Source of the DNA: the human T2T-CHM13v2.0 reference genome, Homo sapiens
Length of the DNA stretch: 64,000 nt
Direction: 5' to 3' (one strand)
Assembly (NCBI RefSeq): GCF_009914755.1
Contig: NC_060933.1
The notes under the pieces are model-generated. The model saw nothing but the letters and a program-made list of their open reading frames with translations, did not search any database and was not told where the DNA came from. Of this stretch, positions 25,031-37,260 are shown piece after piece (position 1 is the first letter of the stretch; the number at the start of each line of letters is the position of its first letter). The translations under genes were made by a program, and so were the position numbers.

Positions 25031-27429
25031 CTATTTGCCACCACTGCTGTGTTCAAGTTCTCCGGCTCCTTCTAAACCAATAAAGTTAAGGTGTTTGCTA
25101 AATCAGGTCCTGGCACTAGCACTACTCCCTCTGCTGATCACTGTTCTTCCATTTTCAAATCTCTTGGGGCAGGAAATTTATGCAAGGGACCCCTTGGATG
25201 TAGCAGAGAACACAAGCTTATTTGCTGCCCCGAACGCTTCCATTTACCCATTTCATTTATATCCTGCCCATATCTCCAGAAGCAAAGATAGTGGATACAA
25301 GTGATCTAAGCAAATCTCTACAACTCTTTATCAACTTATCCCCATTTAAATACATAAAATAACTTCACTAGCCTTCTGTGGGGACACATCTGCACATACC
25401 TGCACATGTGTTAAGCGTGACATGACATGACCAATTATTTTCTAAGCCATGCTTTTCTGCTTCCACTTTGATTACATAACCATTTGGGACTCATAGCCCA
25501 TAAAAATTAATTATTTTATAAAATACTTTTGTTCCTGTTCCTGGTACATTTTGAGTATAACAAACCTGTTGAAGAAAAAAAGAAAAAAAAAAGACTTACT
25601 TGAATGTATTGTACTTTCACTGCATTGTAGATTCACTGATATTTGGAAGAAACTCTTTCCCTTTTTAACATATAGTTGTCTCATAGCACTAATTTCATTA
25701 ATTTTACATAATCCCCAAATGAACAATACCAGCTTTACCAAAATTTTTTTTACAACTTCATAAAGCAATTTAGTTAATGGATATGTGCTTGCTTTGCAGT
25801 AAAGAAAAACAATCCTTTCTTAAACTTTTACTGGGGGACTGTGAACATTGCCTTGTATTATTGGTTTCATGTTTGCATGTTGGACATAAACTAAACCCAA
25901 GCAGAAAAGCCCATCATTCCCTTTTCCCAGGGTAGACCATGGTTGTCAAAGATAGGGACTGGTAGTTTACAGAGGCCATTAAGAGAAGACCCTTGAGACT
26001 TAATTGCCAAAAATACAAACAAACAACAAAAACGCCAGTACTACTCCTCAGGAAAACAATCAATTCGGTCCTAAGTGATCAGCTCCCCTTCACATAAGCC
26101 AATAAACAAAGTAAAAGCTGCCCCTGCCCTTTGTCCTCTTCTCTTTTTCCTTTGTAACCTTCTTCTTCCTTTTCTGCTCACCATCCTAGGCAACACCCCT
26201 GCTTTTTCTCACTTATTATAGAATGACTCATCTGAAATATGTCCATGAAATATACAGCGCACTTTAGCTACCATTCTGTTAAAGACATATGTATGCCTTC
26301 CCTGTCTCTCTCAAGGCCTTTTTAATCCCTTAATTCTCATTCCTTTCCTTATTCTTTATTCCTACCTTTCATCTCACGCTCATGTTTTTTTCTTTTTTCT
26401 TTCCTTCTTCTAAGTCCTGGCTGTCGAGTTAACAGAATTTACATTCGAATAAAACATTTTTTCCACATTTTGATATAAACTGACTGAGGTTGTAGCCATC
26501 CCACTAGGGAGTTCAGGTAGACTTGCTTAGAATTTTTTTTTAAAGCATGCTGCTTTCATTCCTTTACTCCCAGTGTCCCTTCAAAGAGGAAGATGGACTA
26601 CTCTGAAATTGGTTTATATTGATAAAGTATTTTTCCCTGATTTAAAGGGCTCATCTTCCCTCAACCTCTCTTCTCATTTACTAAACAGATTCTCAAGCTC
26701 TCCTCATCTGAGAAAATTGGCCTCCCTTGTCTGCTTTGATCCAGAAAATTATGCTTTTATTAACATGAACATTTCCTGATCTCTGCCAATGCATTTAAAA
26801 TTTTCAAATTATGTATGTGCATCATTTATCAAAATGCCATCAGGTCCCAGGAATGCCAAGCATTCAAACTGAGCAACCTATGGCCTGTATGTGGATGCAT
26901 TCTAAGGGAGGGACATGGTGACTATAATCTTAGTCCCTAAAGTAGCTGCAGTTAGCTGTATAGTTTTTATTTCAAGGAAAGAAATGTGGCGATAAACTCC
27001 AAGGATGAGCTCTCACCAAATTGTAGAATCTCAAGGGAAAACACAGATTCCCATCTACTCCTTTAAGCAATAGAAAAGATAAAAACGTTTTGTACTAAGA
27101 AATGATCTGATTTTGGTGAGTGTGTTGAAAAGAATGTAGTAATTTTAGTGACATTATAAACATGCAGCTATATACCAGTAATAATTTTGATGCTTGGGAA
27201 AAGGAAACACACAGTAAGTTCTTTAATCTTCATGGAAAATACCCTGAGTCAAGTTTGGCCTATGTATATGCTTTTCAACAAAATTTTTTTCAAATTCAAA
27301 TCTTCAAAATTGTCCTGACTTGTGTTTTCTCTGTTCATTCCAATCTTCTCTGGAACAGAGAAAGAAAACACTACCATAAAAAGCAGAATTTTGATCACCC
27401 AGAGATTCTTTAATTTTTATAAACTATGT

Positions 27430-28720
27430 CCAGAATTTCAATTTAAAAACTCTAGAGAATAAATTAACAATATAGCAAATGAACAGATGACCTAGATATT
27501 GGAATTATCTGACATTGGCTTTAAAGTAACTATGTACTCACATGTTCAAGAAAATAAAGGACAAGATGAAGGATTTTATCAGATAACTGATAAATCTATA
27601 AACAAGAACAAAATGGAAATTCTAAGACTAAAAACAGTAACTGAAATAAATGCCTCAGTAGATAGGTCTAACAACAGACTTGAAGATGGGACATAGCTGA
27701 GGAAAGGATTAATAAACTAGAAATCAGGTAAGTATAAAATATAGTGATGGAAATCTAAAGAATACAAAAGATGGAAACTACGTATAAAACTGAAAGGGAC
27801 ATGTGGGACATGGTGACATGGTGAAAGGTTCTAGCATGCATGCAACACCATCTCTCTCCAGAAGGGAAAACAGTGAGAATGAGGTGAGAACTACATTTAT
27901 GAGTAAATATCAAGAACATTCCAAATGCTAAAAGATACCCAGCCACAGATCCAAGAATTGCTTCAAAATCTAGAGAGAGCAATTAAAAAGAAAACCCACA
28001 CCTAAGCACATCACAATAAAACAGCTGAAAACCAAAGACAAAGACATTGTAAAAGGATCCAAAAAATAAGACCCTTGATTTTCAAAGAAGCAACCATAAG
28101 ACTGAGAGCTGACTCTACAACAGAGAAGATTTAAGACAGAAGACAATGGAATTACATGAATAAGGGCCATACATTTAAAAGGGCCACTAAACTGCTAAAG
28201 ATACTTAAGGAAAATAATCTCAAAGGGAAACACAAAAAATTCAAGAAAACTAGATAGGCTGAGCCTGGGGAATATCTGAAGAAATTCTGACCACACAAAA
28301 CAATAACAGTAATAGCAATAGCAATTAATGTTATCTTAAGGAATAATGTTATCTTAAGACGGTTAAAATATATGTAGAGTTAACAATGCATGATAACAGT
28401 AACACAGCATTCAGGAGGTGAGGAAAGATTATCGGAGTTACATGTAGAGGGTCTCAGCACTGACTGGAATGTAGTAATAGTTTATATTAATTATAATAAT
28501 CCAAAGACACATGTTAATCTCTAGAGAAATTACTAGTAGAATAGTGAAAGACTGTATAACCAGCATGCAAACAGAAGGAAAATAAATGAAGTAATCCAAA
28601 ACTGATTAATCCACAATATAATAAGGAAGGAAAAAAAGGGGCAGTCATAAAGCAGTTGGGAAAAATCAAATTGAAAATAACTGATAATAGGGTAAATATT
28701 AAATTAGTTTTGTGCATTCT
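27430..28720 (+). mobile_element. Ancient L1M ORF1/inter-ORF remnant
   Basis: AGATATTGGAATTATCTGAC, AATGGAAATTCTAAGACTAAAA..GTAACTGAAATAAA and ACACCTAAGCACATCACAATAAAACAGCTGAAAACCAAAGACAAAG. Confidence 0.75.
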
Positions 28721-28977
28721 TTGAGCACTTAACAGTAGCTGTAGAGTATGATGAACAAGCAAAGTCTAACTGACCTGAATTGAAAATTTTGCTATTACCT
28801 ATACGTGAGACAGATTTTCCCAATAAAATAATAAAATGTTTCAATAGTTAATGATTTTTGCTTGATTGTGATGTTCTGACCATTATGCTAGTATATCTCA
28901 TTTTATCCTTTTAAGTGTATTAGCCTTATTTTACATATATATACATATATACACAGTACATACTGTAAAAAAACATT

Positions 28978-28988
28978 GTGTGTGTATT

Positions 28989-29020
<32 letters not shown>
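28978..29020. repeat. (TG)n(TA)n microsatellite
   Basis: Seen directly. Confidence 0.95.
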
Positions 29021-29039
29021 GCACACAAAACTACATAAA

Positions 29040-29397
29040 TAGTTTGCTATAACAAAATACCATAGACTCGGTGGCTTAAACAACATTTATTTTTCACAGT
29101 TCTGGAGGCTGAGAAGTTCAAAATCAAGGTGCTGCCAGATTTGGTATCTGACGAGAGGCCTCTTCATAGCTTGCAGACAGCTCACCTTCTTGCTGTACTC
29201 TCACATGGCAGAGAGAGGAAATTCTGGTGTTTCTTCCTCTCCTTATAAGAGCGCTAATCCCATCATAGGGGTTCCACCCTCATGGCCCATCTAAACCTAC
29301 TTACCTCCCAAAGGCCCTACCTCTCTAGACCATCCAATGGGGATTGGAGCTTCAACATATGAATTTAGAGAGGACACAAACATGCAGTCCATAACCA
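29040..29397 (-). mobile_element. MLT1A-type MaLR solo LTR
   Basis: TGCTATAACAAAATACCATAGACT.GGTGGCTTAAACAAC...CTTCAACATATGAATTT...GGACACAAACATGCAGTCCATA. Confidence 0.9.
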
Positions 29398-29679
29398 GTA
29401 GGTTCACAACCAGCTAGAAGTTACGTTGCAAATAGCAGATCTGGGGACAAAATCAGTTTTTGTTTGTTTTTGTTGTTGTCCTGTTTTATTTACTCCCAAA
29501 CCAATACATTTAATCATCACTATATGTCAGTTGCCTTGAAAGGAAAAACAATATTTCATGCATTTTTTTAGTGTGGCCATAATGAGATCTGGAGATATCT
29601 TAGCAAATATGTGAACCAAGTTTTCAAAAAGAAAGAATTATTACTTATATCAATTTATTTGTGGCAATTAGTCAAAGTT

Positions 29680-30380
29680 ATCAATTCACTGAACAAACTT
29701 ACTAAGCATGTGCTACCTGTCAGACATCATTCGAGGCACTGATAATATAATTCAAAATACAAGAAGTGGTTACTGCCTCCTGCAGCTATTAATAATATTA
29801 ATTATAAATTAATTGAGTTCCTTCATTAGATAATAAAAGAAAACAAACAAATAATCATAAATTCTGATATACACTATAAAGAAAACAGAGATTTTTTGAT
29901 AAAGAATTATAAACTCTTAGGTGGTATTATGAGAGACGATTTCTCTGAGACCGTAACATTTAAGCCAGCAGAGCTTTATAATCAACAGGATAATTCTATT
30001 ATGCACTGCCCGAACAGGAACACATTCAAAAATGAAAGGGACACTTTTAATAATTATGCAGGGTTTCAGGGCAAACTATAATATGTATGCACCCTACTTC
30101 TAAGCCACGGTAAGGAGTATGGGTTATTTTCTAAATGCAATAGGAAGACACTAATGTGTTTTAGCAGGGCAATGTTTATTATCTGATTTTAAAAGTTCTA
30201 ATGCCAGTTGGGAAATTAATGGGGTGAGAGGCAAGAATAGAGATAGAGAAAATATTCTAAGAATATTATACCCATCTAGGCAGGAGAGGAACAGTAGCTT
30301 AGATTGATAAGGCAGTGAAGGTATAGAAAAGTAGCCAATTCAAGATAAATTTTAAAGACTATCAGCAAGAATAGTGAAGT
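29680..30380 (-). mobile_element. L2 fragment with a nested MER81-like hAT MITE (~29986-30095)
   Basis: L2 end motif AACAAACTTACTAAGCATGTGCTACCTGTCAGAC; MER81-like TGAAAGGGACACTTTTAATAATTATGC..GGGCAAAC..CACCCTA. Confidence 0.65.
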
Positions 30381-30941
30381 TATATAAAATATTACTTTTG
30401 CATTTTAATTCATATTTTAAGAAATATACAAGAAATTATCCTAAAGCCTTGTCAGTTGATCTGGAAAGGAACTTCTCAACCTTATTTACAGAGCTGTAAA
30501 CATGAAGAAGAAATTATTCACCTGTATCAAAAACCATAAAGTAAAAAAAAAAAGAAATTAGCCACTAAATTATCTTCCCTTTCTTCTCTACCAACTTCAC
30601 TTTTAGGGTTTTTTAAAATCTAATGTTTATCAATTTGTAAGTTTGCATACATTTGTTATGAAGGCTACTAATCTTTCATCTGTCACATGGGCAGCAAATA
30701 TTTTCTCCAGCCTATTGATTTTGTTTTGGGGTCTTTGCCATTTAAAATACTTACTTTGTGTATAGGAAAATATACCTAACCTTATGGTGTCTGGGTTTCC
30801 TGATGCAGACAAGTTTGTCCCTATTTAAAATATCATATAAATATACACAAAAATGTAATTCTATTATTTTATGTACTTATTTGTTCACATTTAAATCTAA
30901 TATTGGCTCTATTCTCCTTGGTGTTTCTGAATGTCATAAAT

Positions 30942-31196
30942 TTTTTGAGACAGAGTCTCGCTCTGTCACCTGGAGTGCAGTAGTGCAACCTCAGCTCACT
31001 GCAACCTCCACTTCAGCCTCCCAAGTAGCCAGGATTGCAGATGCCCCCCACCACACCTGGCTAATTTTTGTATTTTTGGTAGAGACGGGGTTTCACCACA
31101 TTGGCCAGGCTGGTCTTGAACTCCCGGCCTCAAGTGATCCACCCGCCTCGGCCTCCCAATGTGCTGGATTACAGGCGAAAACCAACACTCCTGGCC
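30942..31196 (-). mobile_element. AluS with an internal deletion
   Basis: Antisense Alu with a perfect 14-bp TSD TGAATGTCATAAAT (30928-30941, 31197-31210). Confidence 0.95.
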
Positions 31197-32378
31197 TGAA
31201 TGTCATAAATCTTTACTTTCACCTCTAACCAATTCCCAAATCTCCAGTTCTATCTATAGCCAACTAGCTGCTGTACATTGTCACTGATATGCAAAATTGA
31301 AAATTAATGTCAACATTTTCCCCTATTTAAACAAGAATCTGCTCTTCCTTCCTTATATACTTATTAGATTATTGGGATAGGCATTCTATAAGCCTCCTAC
31401 TGGTGAAGCTTTGGTTTGACTTCTCCCTCCCATTACCCAACACTCTGCCCATCAGCACCACTGGTCTAATCATGCATTAGATGTCATAGCTTCTGCCTGC
31501 AAAATGTGTCGTGCAACCAACCTTTTCATTTTTCCCCCTTTTTCCTGGTGCCAATTTAATTCAGCCTTACATTATTTACAACCTGAAATATTTATTGCAG
31601 AAGTATTTTCCTAAACTCCATGGTGGACCAAATTAGGCCATTACTGTTTCATAAATTTTTCACAATGTCCTTTTATTTTTAAAGTCAAAATTCACTCTTC
31701 TTTATTTAATGTCATTTAGTGATGAGAATGTACATATGTAATACTGTGTGGTGGACGAGGGTTTAAATGTCCATTTATTTATTCACAAGTGTATTTTAAA
31801 CATCTACTATTTATCAGGCAAGAGACTCTAGATTCTGTGGATTGAGCACTGAAAAAATAAAATAAAATGAAGAAAGTTCCTGCACTCACGAAACACGTTT
31901 TAGTGGCTACACCTGGGTTTGAATCTTGGATCCAGCATTTTACGATTTGTGATCTTAGGTGAGTTAACTTTTTTAAGCCTCTGTTCTTTTAGCCATAAAA
32001 TAATTTTTTAAAAGATGGGGAGGAGGAAGAGATATAATGTATAACATGTAGACTCTTGTAAGAAATAGAAATTAGATAGGTTGAGAAATCATGTGATTCA
32101 TCCAATAAATGTTGGCTCTTGTTTTTTCTGACCTGTATGTTTTGTCTTTGTTCCAAAGCTAGCCTTACCTCTCCCACATACTGGGGTTAATTCATGCTTT
32201 GGCCCTTATCACCTTTTCCAATTTATTTCAAAATTACATGCTCTATTTTAATATTTGCTTTCTTTTTTTTATTTTGAAAACTTATTGAACTTGCATCTAC
32301 ACTTTAAAATGAAGCAGAACTTAAAGAACTCAAAGATTATGAAGAAGACTCAGTACCTGGGAATAAAATTGAGAATAG

Positions 32379-32672
<294 letters not shown>

Positions 32673-33057
32673 AAGAATAGTAATAAATATGAAAATAACT
32701 AAATTTTAGCTTCCTTTTATGACTATATAACCAATCTCAACCATTATTTTTTGCTTCCCCAAATTAGGAGAGTTTAAAATGCAGATTCTCCCCACTCTCC
32801 TCTTCCCATTCAATAGAAACTGAGAAAGAAGGATCTTATTCAGGTCTTCACTCCATTTGTGATTCATATTCAGTGGCTGAAAGGTTAGAAAGCATTCACT
32901 CCACCAATAATGATCAAGCACCCATAAAGTACCAGGAGCTCTTACAAACTCTAGGGAAATCCTGGCTCCTGTTGTCATGAATTTTGCATTCTCAGGTAGG
33001 AAATGTGGCTCTGATGCCTGCTGGGGCAGTGGTAGCAACCTTTAGTCCATGTGAATG

Positions 33058-33378
33058 CAGGCATCCCTTGGTATGCACGGGGGATTGGTTCCAGGACCTC
33101 CCACCGATACCAAAACCCACAGATATTCAAGTTTCTGCTATAAAATGGTGTGTAGTATTTGCATGTAACCTATGCACATCTTCCTATATACTTTGCATCA
33201 TCTCTAGATTACTTATAATGCCAATGTCAACACTATATAAATAATTATTATACTGTATTGTTTAGGGAACAATGACAAGAAAAATATCTGTACATGTTCA
33301 GTACAGACACAATTTATTTTTGCTCTGCTCTTGGTTGAATCCACAGTTGTGGAACCCATGGACATAAAGGCCAACTGT
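33058..33378. mobile_element. MER2 (TcMar-Tigger) DNA transposon
   Basis: GGGGGATTGGTTCCAGGACC, CATCTCTAGATTACTTATAAT and TTGGTTGAATCCAC..GGAACCCATGG..GGCCAACTG|TA. Confidence 0.9.
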
Positions 33379-36300
33379 ACACTTAGAGCTACAGAGGATC
33401 TTGGAGGTAATCTAGACAATTTCTACCCTAGTATAGAAATCTGTATACTAGAGCATCTCTAACAGAACCTTTCATTCAACCCTTTTTTGGATGCCTTCAG
33501 CAACAGGGAACTCAGTACTTCCCTTCCCACTTGTAAAAGGTTTGAATGTTAAAAGTTCTTACATTTTTCTGGCTTTTCTAATATTTAATAGCAGCTTTAT
33601 ATCTCTTTCCCAATTTTCACAGCCACACAGCTCCCTAAATAGAGTTAAACATAACCAATCTTTCAGTCATTCCTAAAAGTAACATTGTTATCAGTATTGC
33701 TAATGTCCATTCAAGAGTCTTAATTATTTAAAATATTCCCTGACCAGTGAATATTCTGACTTATCAGCTCAGAATAACATGAACTATGACTTCCTGTTTA
33801 AGCCTTTTAGGATTGAAATAATCCTAAATGCCATGGTCACCCTACCTGGTTGGCTTATATTAAAACTTTGCCTCTTTCAGGATATTTGTTGTCATTCCTA
33901 TTCTGTGGTACAGCTCAACCTGAGGGGTGCTAATGTGTCAGAAAAACAGGTAAGCAGGCAAGCCTAAGTGGAATCTGATGTCAATTCTTGAGATTGAGGA
34001 CAGTGCTATGTGACTGATTGTCATTTAAATTAATCAACATGCAACTGTCAACTTAGAAAATCCTTCAGGCCCAGAGTGAAAAGCAGAGTTTCAAGCTTAT
34101 AGGAAACCAGACATAATCATTCAAATAAAATTACTGATACCGTACTTCATATGAGCTAGGACATTACAGTAATGTATTATTATTATGCCACTTGAAATAT
34201 GATTATTTGCTGGCAGATAGGTTACAAAACCATCAGATTATATATATGTGCTTTGTGAGTTCTTAGAAAATACTGACTTCTTTCATTCAAATTCTTAATA
34301 TTTATTTTAAATAAATGGGCTCCATTCAGTGAAATAAATGTGAAAATTATTAGAAATATTCAACAAACCAGTTTTTAAATTTTTAGAAAGATCCAAAATG
34401 TCCCAGGCCGCCACATTATAACCAATGATTAGCATTTAAAGAGAAAATACATACTTTTGTATCACCATATATAGAGATTATATACATAGTTTTGAAAAAT
34501 GAAATAATATAGTCTTCTAATTAATAATTTCTCCAAAAATACTCAGAAGGAATTAAGAAATATGTTCTAAGCAAAATTATGCCTTGCTGAAACCACAAAA
34601 TAAAGAGAATATAAAAATGTATGGGGGGGTAAATACTTTTTATACACGTGTTGACTACCTTTTTCAAGGATTACAGATATTGCAGCATTAAAAAAAAATT
34701 CAGAATTCAATAAATGTTTAGAAAGTTAAAATTACATAAATGTTTAAATTTTTGGATTTTGAAATTCCTGTTCACTCTAAAGAGAAATAGAAATCTAAAA
34801 TGATAACAACAACAATAATAATTAGACAATGTTTACAAAGCCTTTGGAATTTTCAATATTCTTGTGTCTCTGCTTGAAGCAACAAAATTAAAATGATATA
34901 GTCACAATTTGTTTCTTGACTATTTTATATTCAGTAATTTTTAATGAAGCAACTAAATTAGGCATAACTTTGTACAGCTTTAACATAGTTATGATGAATA
35001 TATTTTACTTGATTAAAAATGATAAAACCAGGGAGCCTTAAATATTATCTTAAAAGATTAACTACTGTGTCAATTACAAATCTAGGAGAAAGATATTTAT
35101 AAAGGAATAACTATTCTAAACAGTAACTTCCTTTTGTTCATTTCATTTAATTAATGACTCAATCAACTTTCACTCTTAATACTAAAATTTTCCTAAATTA
35201 CACATTGGTTTGCAAATGGGATGGCATATAGCAGGGCTACGTCAATTTAATACTGGTGAAAATTCAGCAGATAATTCATTTTTCATTTAATCAGGAAGGA
35301 AAAAACTACTTGGCAGTGTAGAGCGACCTAATTAACTAAATAACTGCCAATTCTACATTGTACTTTGTGTTACATGACATATCATGAATAAATACCAGTC
35401 AAAAATCAAATTATTTGGATACTTAAATGATGATGAGGCCTGCTGTGCCAACAGGTATGCTAATGAGTAGACATCTCCCAGCCTCAAGACTGAGTGAATG
35501 AGGCAAATATTTTCACCTCCCAATCTTTTAGGGTGTTCAATTAACTCAAGTATTTAAGAAGTTCCCTACTATTGGGAAGGAAGTAGATGTAATCATCTAT
35601 ATGCTTATTTTGTCAACTGAGTTGGAAAAACTTGCAAAGGAACAGTTTGGATATATGTATTAGATTTTTATCAAAATACAAATAAATGGTCATAGATGAC
35701 AATTTTCACCTAAGGAATACAAGTAAGTTTATCTATGTTCAGTTACCAATCGCCTCTAACTAAAGTTAACAATGTCTTCCTTCTAAAACCTTTCTAAAGA
35801 GCACCCTGCAATCACACCTTCTAGCAACAGCCATTTCTCTTGAATTAGTAAGGTGGCTACACCGCCAATTTGAGCTGTTCTCCTTCAGTCCTGTAGTCCA
35901 TCGCCAGGGGAGTCTCCAAATGCTAATAAAAATCAATTTCCCAGACAAAAGAACATATACACGTTTTTTTCTTTCTTTCTTTCTTTTTTTTTTTTTTTTA
36001 GAAGAGGGTCAGGGAGCATCTGACGGACGTTTTTAAAGGAAGGGGACAGCTACTTCCATGGGACTGCATTTTAGTTGTGCTAAAAGTGATGAAAGTGGGT
36101 TTGCATTATTCTACCACCAACACCCAAACCACCTGCCCACGGAAACCCCCGCCGGAGACCGAAGTTTACCCAAATAGCGCTCGGCAAAGCGCTGCCATAA
36201 ATTCAAAACTAACTCTGCCGGGCCCGCGGGGGTTGCGAGACAGGGACCGAACGTGAAACCCGGGGAGCCCCGCGTCTCTTGCCTCCGAAGGTTTTCCGTG

Positions 36301-36444
36301 ATCAGTGTCCCCTTCTCTGCTGGAGTCGGAAGTGCCTGTCACCTGCGGATCTGCCCGACTCTCCCGGTCGGCCCTTCTTCTCTGCCCAGTTCGGACAGTC
36401 TCGAATTCCCCGTCGCAGCCCCGGCCACCTCGGACTCCCTGGTC

Positions 36445-36615
36445 CCCAGCCCCCGCCCCACCCCCCGCCTCCACCACGTCCCCTCCCCGCGGTCCCAGCC
36501 TCTCCAGGCGCTGCTGGGCTCTGATTGGCGGCTGCGCTGACAGCAGGCGGGGCCTGGAAGTCGCGGCCAAGCCCGCCCTCGCGTATAAGCCCCTCTCAGC
36601 GCTCTCTCTCCATCT
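36445..36615 (+). promoter_or_regulatory. Pol II core promoter: GC boxes, inverted CCAAT box, TATA-like box
   Basis: CCCCGCCCC (~36451), CTGATTGGC (ATTGG 36524-36528), AGGCGGGGC (36545), CCCGCCC (36572) and TATAAG (36584-36589). A pyrimidine-rich initiator region lies ~25-30 nt downstream. Confidence 0.75.
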
Positions 36616-37260
36616 CTCCCCTCTCTTTCTCTCTCGCTGCTCCCTTCCTCCCTGTAACTGAACAGTGAAAATTCACATTGTGGATCCGCTAACAGGCACA
36701 GATGTCATGTGAAAACGCACATGCTCTGCCATCCACACCGCCTTTCTTTCTTTTCTTTCTGTTTCCTTTTTTCCCCCTTGTTCCTTCTCCCTCTTCTTTG
36801 TAACTAACAAAACCACCACCAACTCCTCCTCCTGCTGCTGCCCTTCCTCCTCCTCCTCAGTCCAAGTGATCACAAAAGAAATCTTCTGAGCCGGAGGCGG
36901 TGGCATTTTTTAAAAAGCAAGCACATTGGAGAGAAAGAAAAAGAAAAACAAAACCAAAACAAAACCCAGGCACCAGACAGCCAGAACATTTTTTTTTCAC
37001 CCTTCCTGAAAACAAACAAACAAACAAACAATCATCAAAACAGTCACCACCAACATCAAAACTGTTAACATAGCGGCGGCGGCGGCAAACGTCACCCTGC
37101 AGCCACGGCGTCCGCCTAAAGGGATGGTTTTCTCGGCAGAGCAGCTCTTCGCCGACCACCTTCTTCACTCGTGCTGAGCGGGATTTTTGGGCTCTCCGGG
37201 GTTCGGGCTGGGAGCAGCTTCATGACTACGCGGAGCGGGAGAGCGGCCACACCATGCGAG
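36612..37260 (+). other. Putative first exon (long 5' leader) of an unidentified gene; intron 1 runs from 37261 probably past the window end
   Basis: Lies between the TATA element and a strong donor GAG|GTAAGC. Leader-like (CT)n, (CCT)n, (AAAC)n and (GGC)n tracts. TSS inferred from TATA spacing. Confidence 0.8.
37254..37260 (+). CDS. Possible 7-nt coding start (ATG CGA G; Met-Arg-phase 1); could instead be a uORF start
   Basis: CACACCATGC has A at -3 and sits immediately before the donor. No downstream exon in the window confirms the frame. Confidence 0.45.

Noticed and set aside
36612-37260. Assigning a gene symbol
   Set aside because: At most 7 coding nt are visible and I do not recognise the leader; a BLAT search would settle it.
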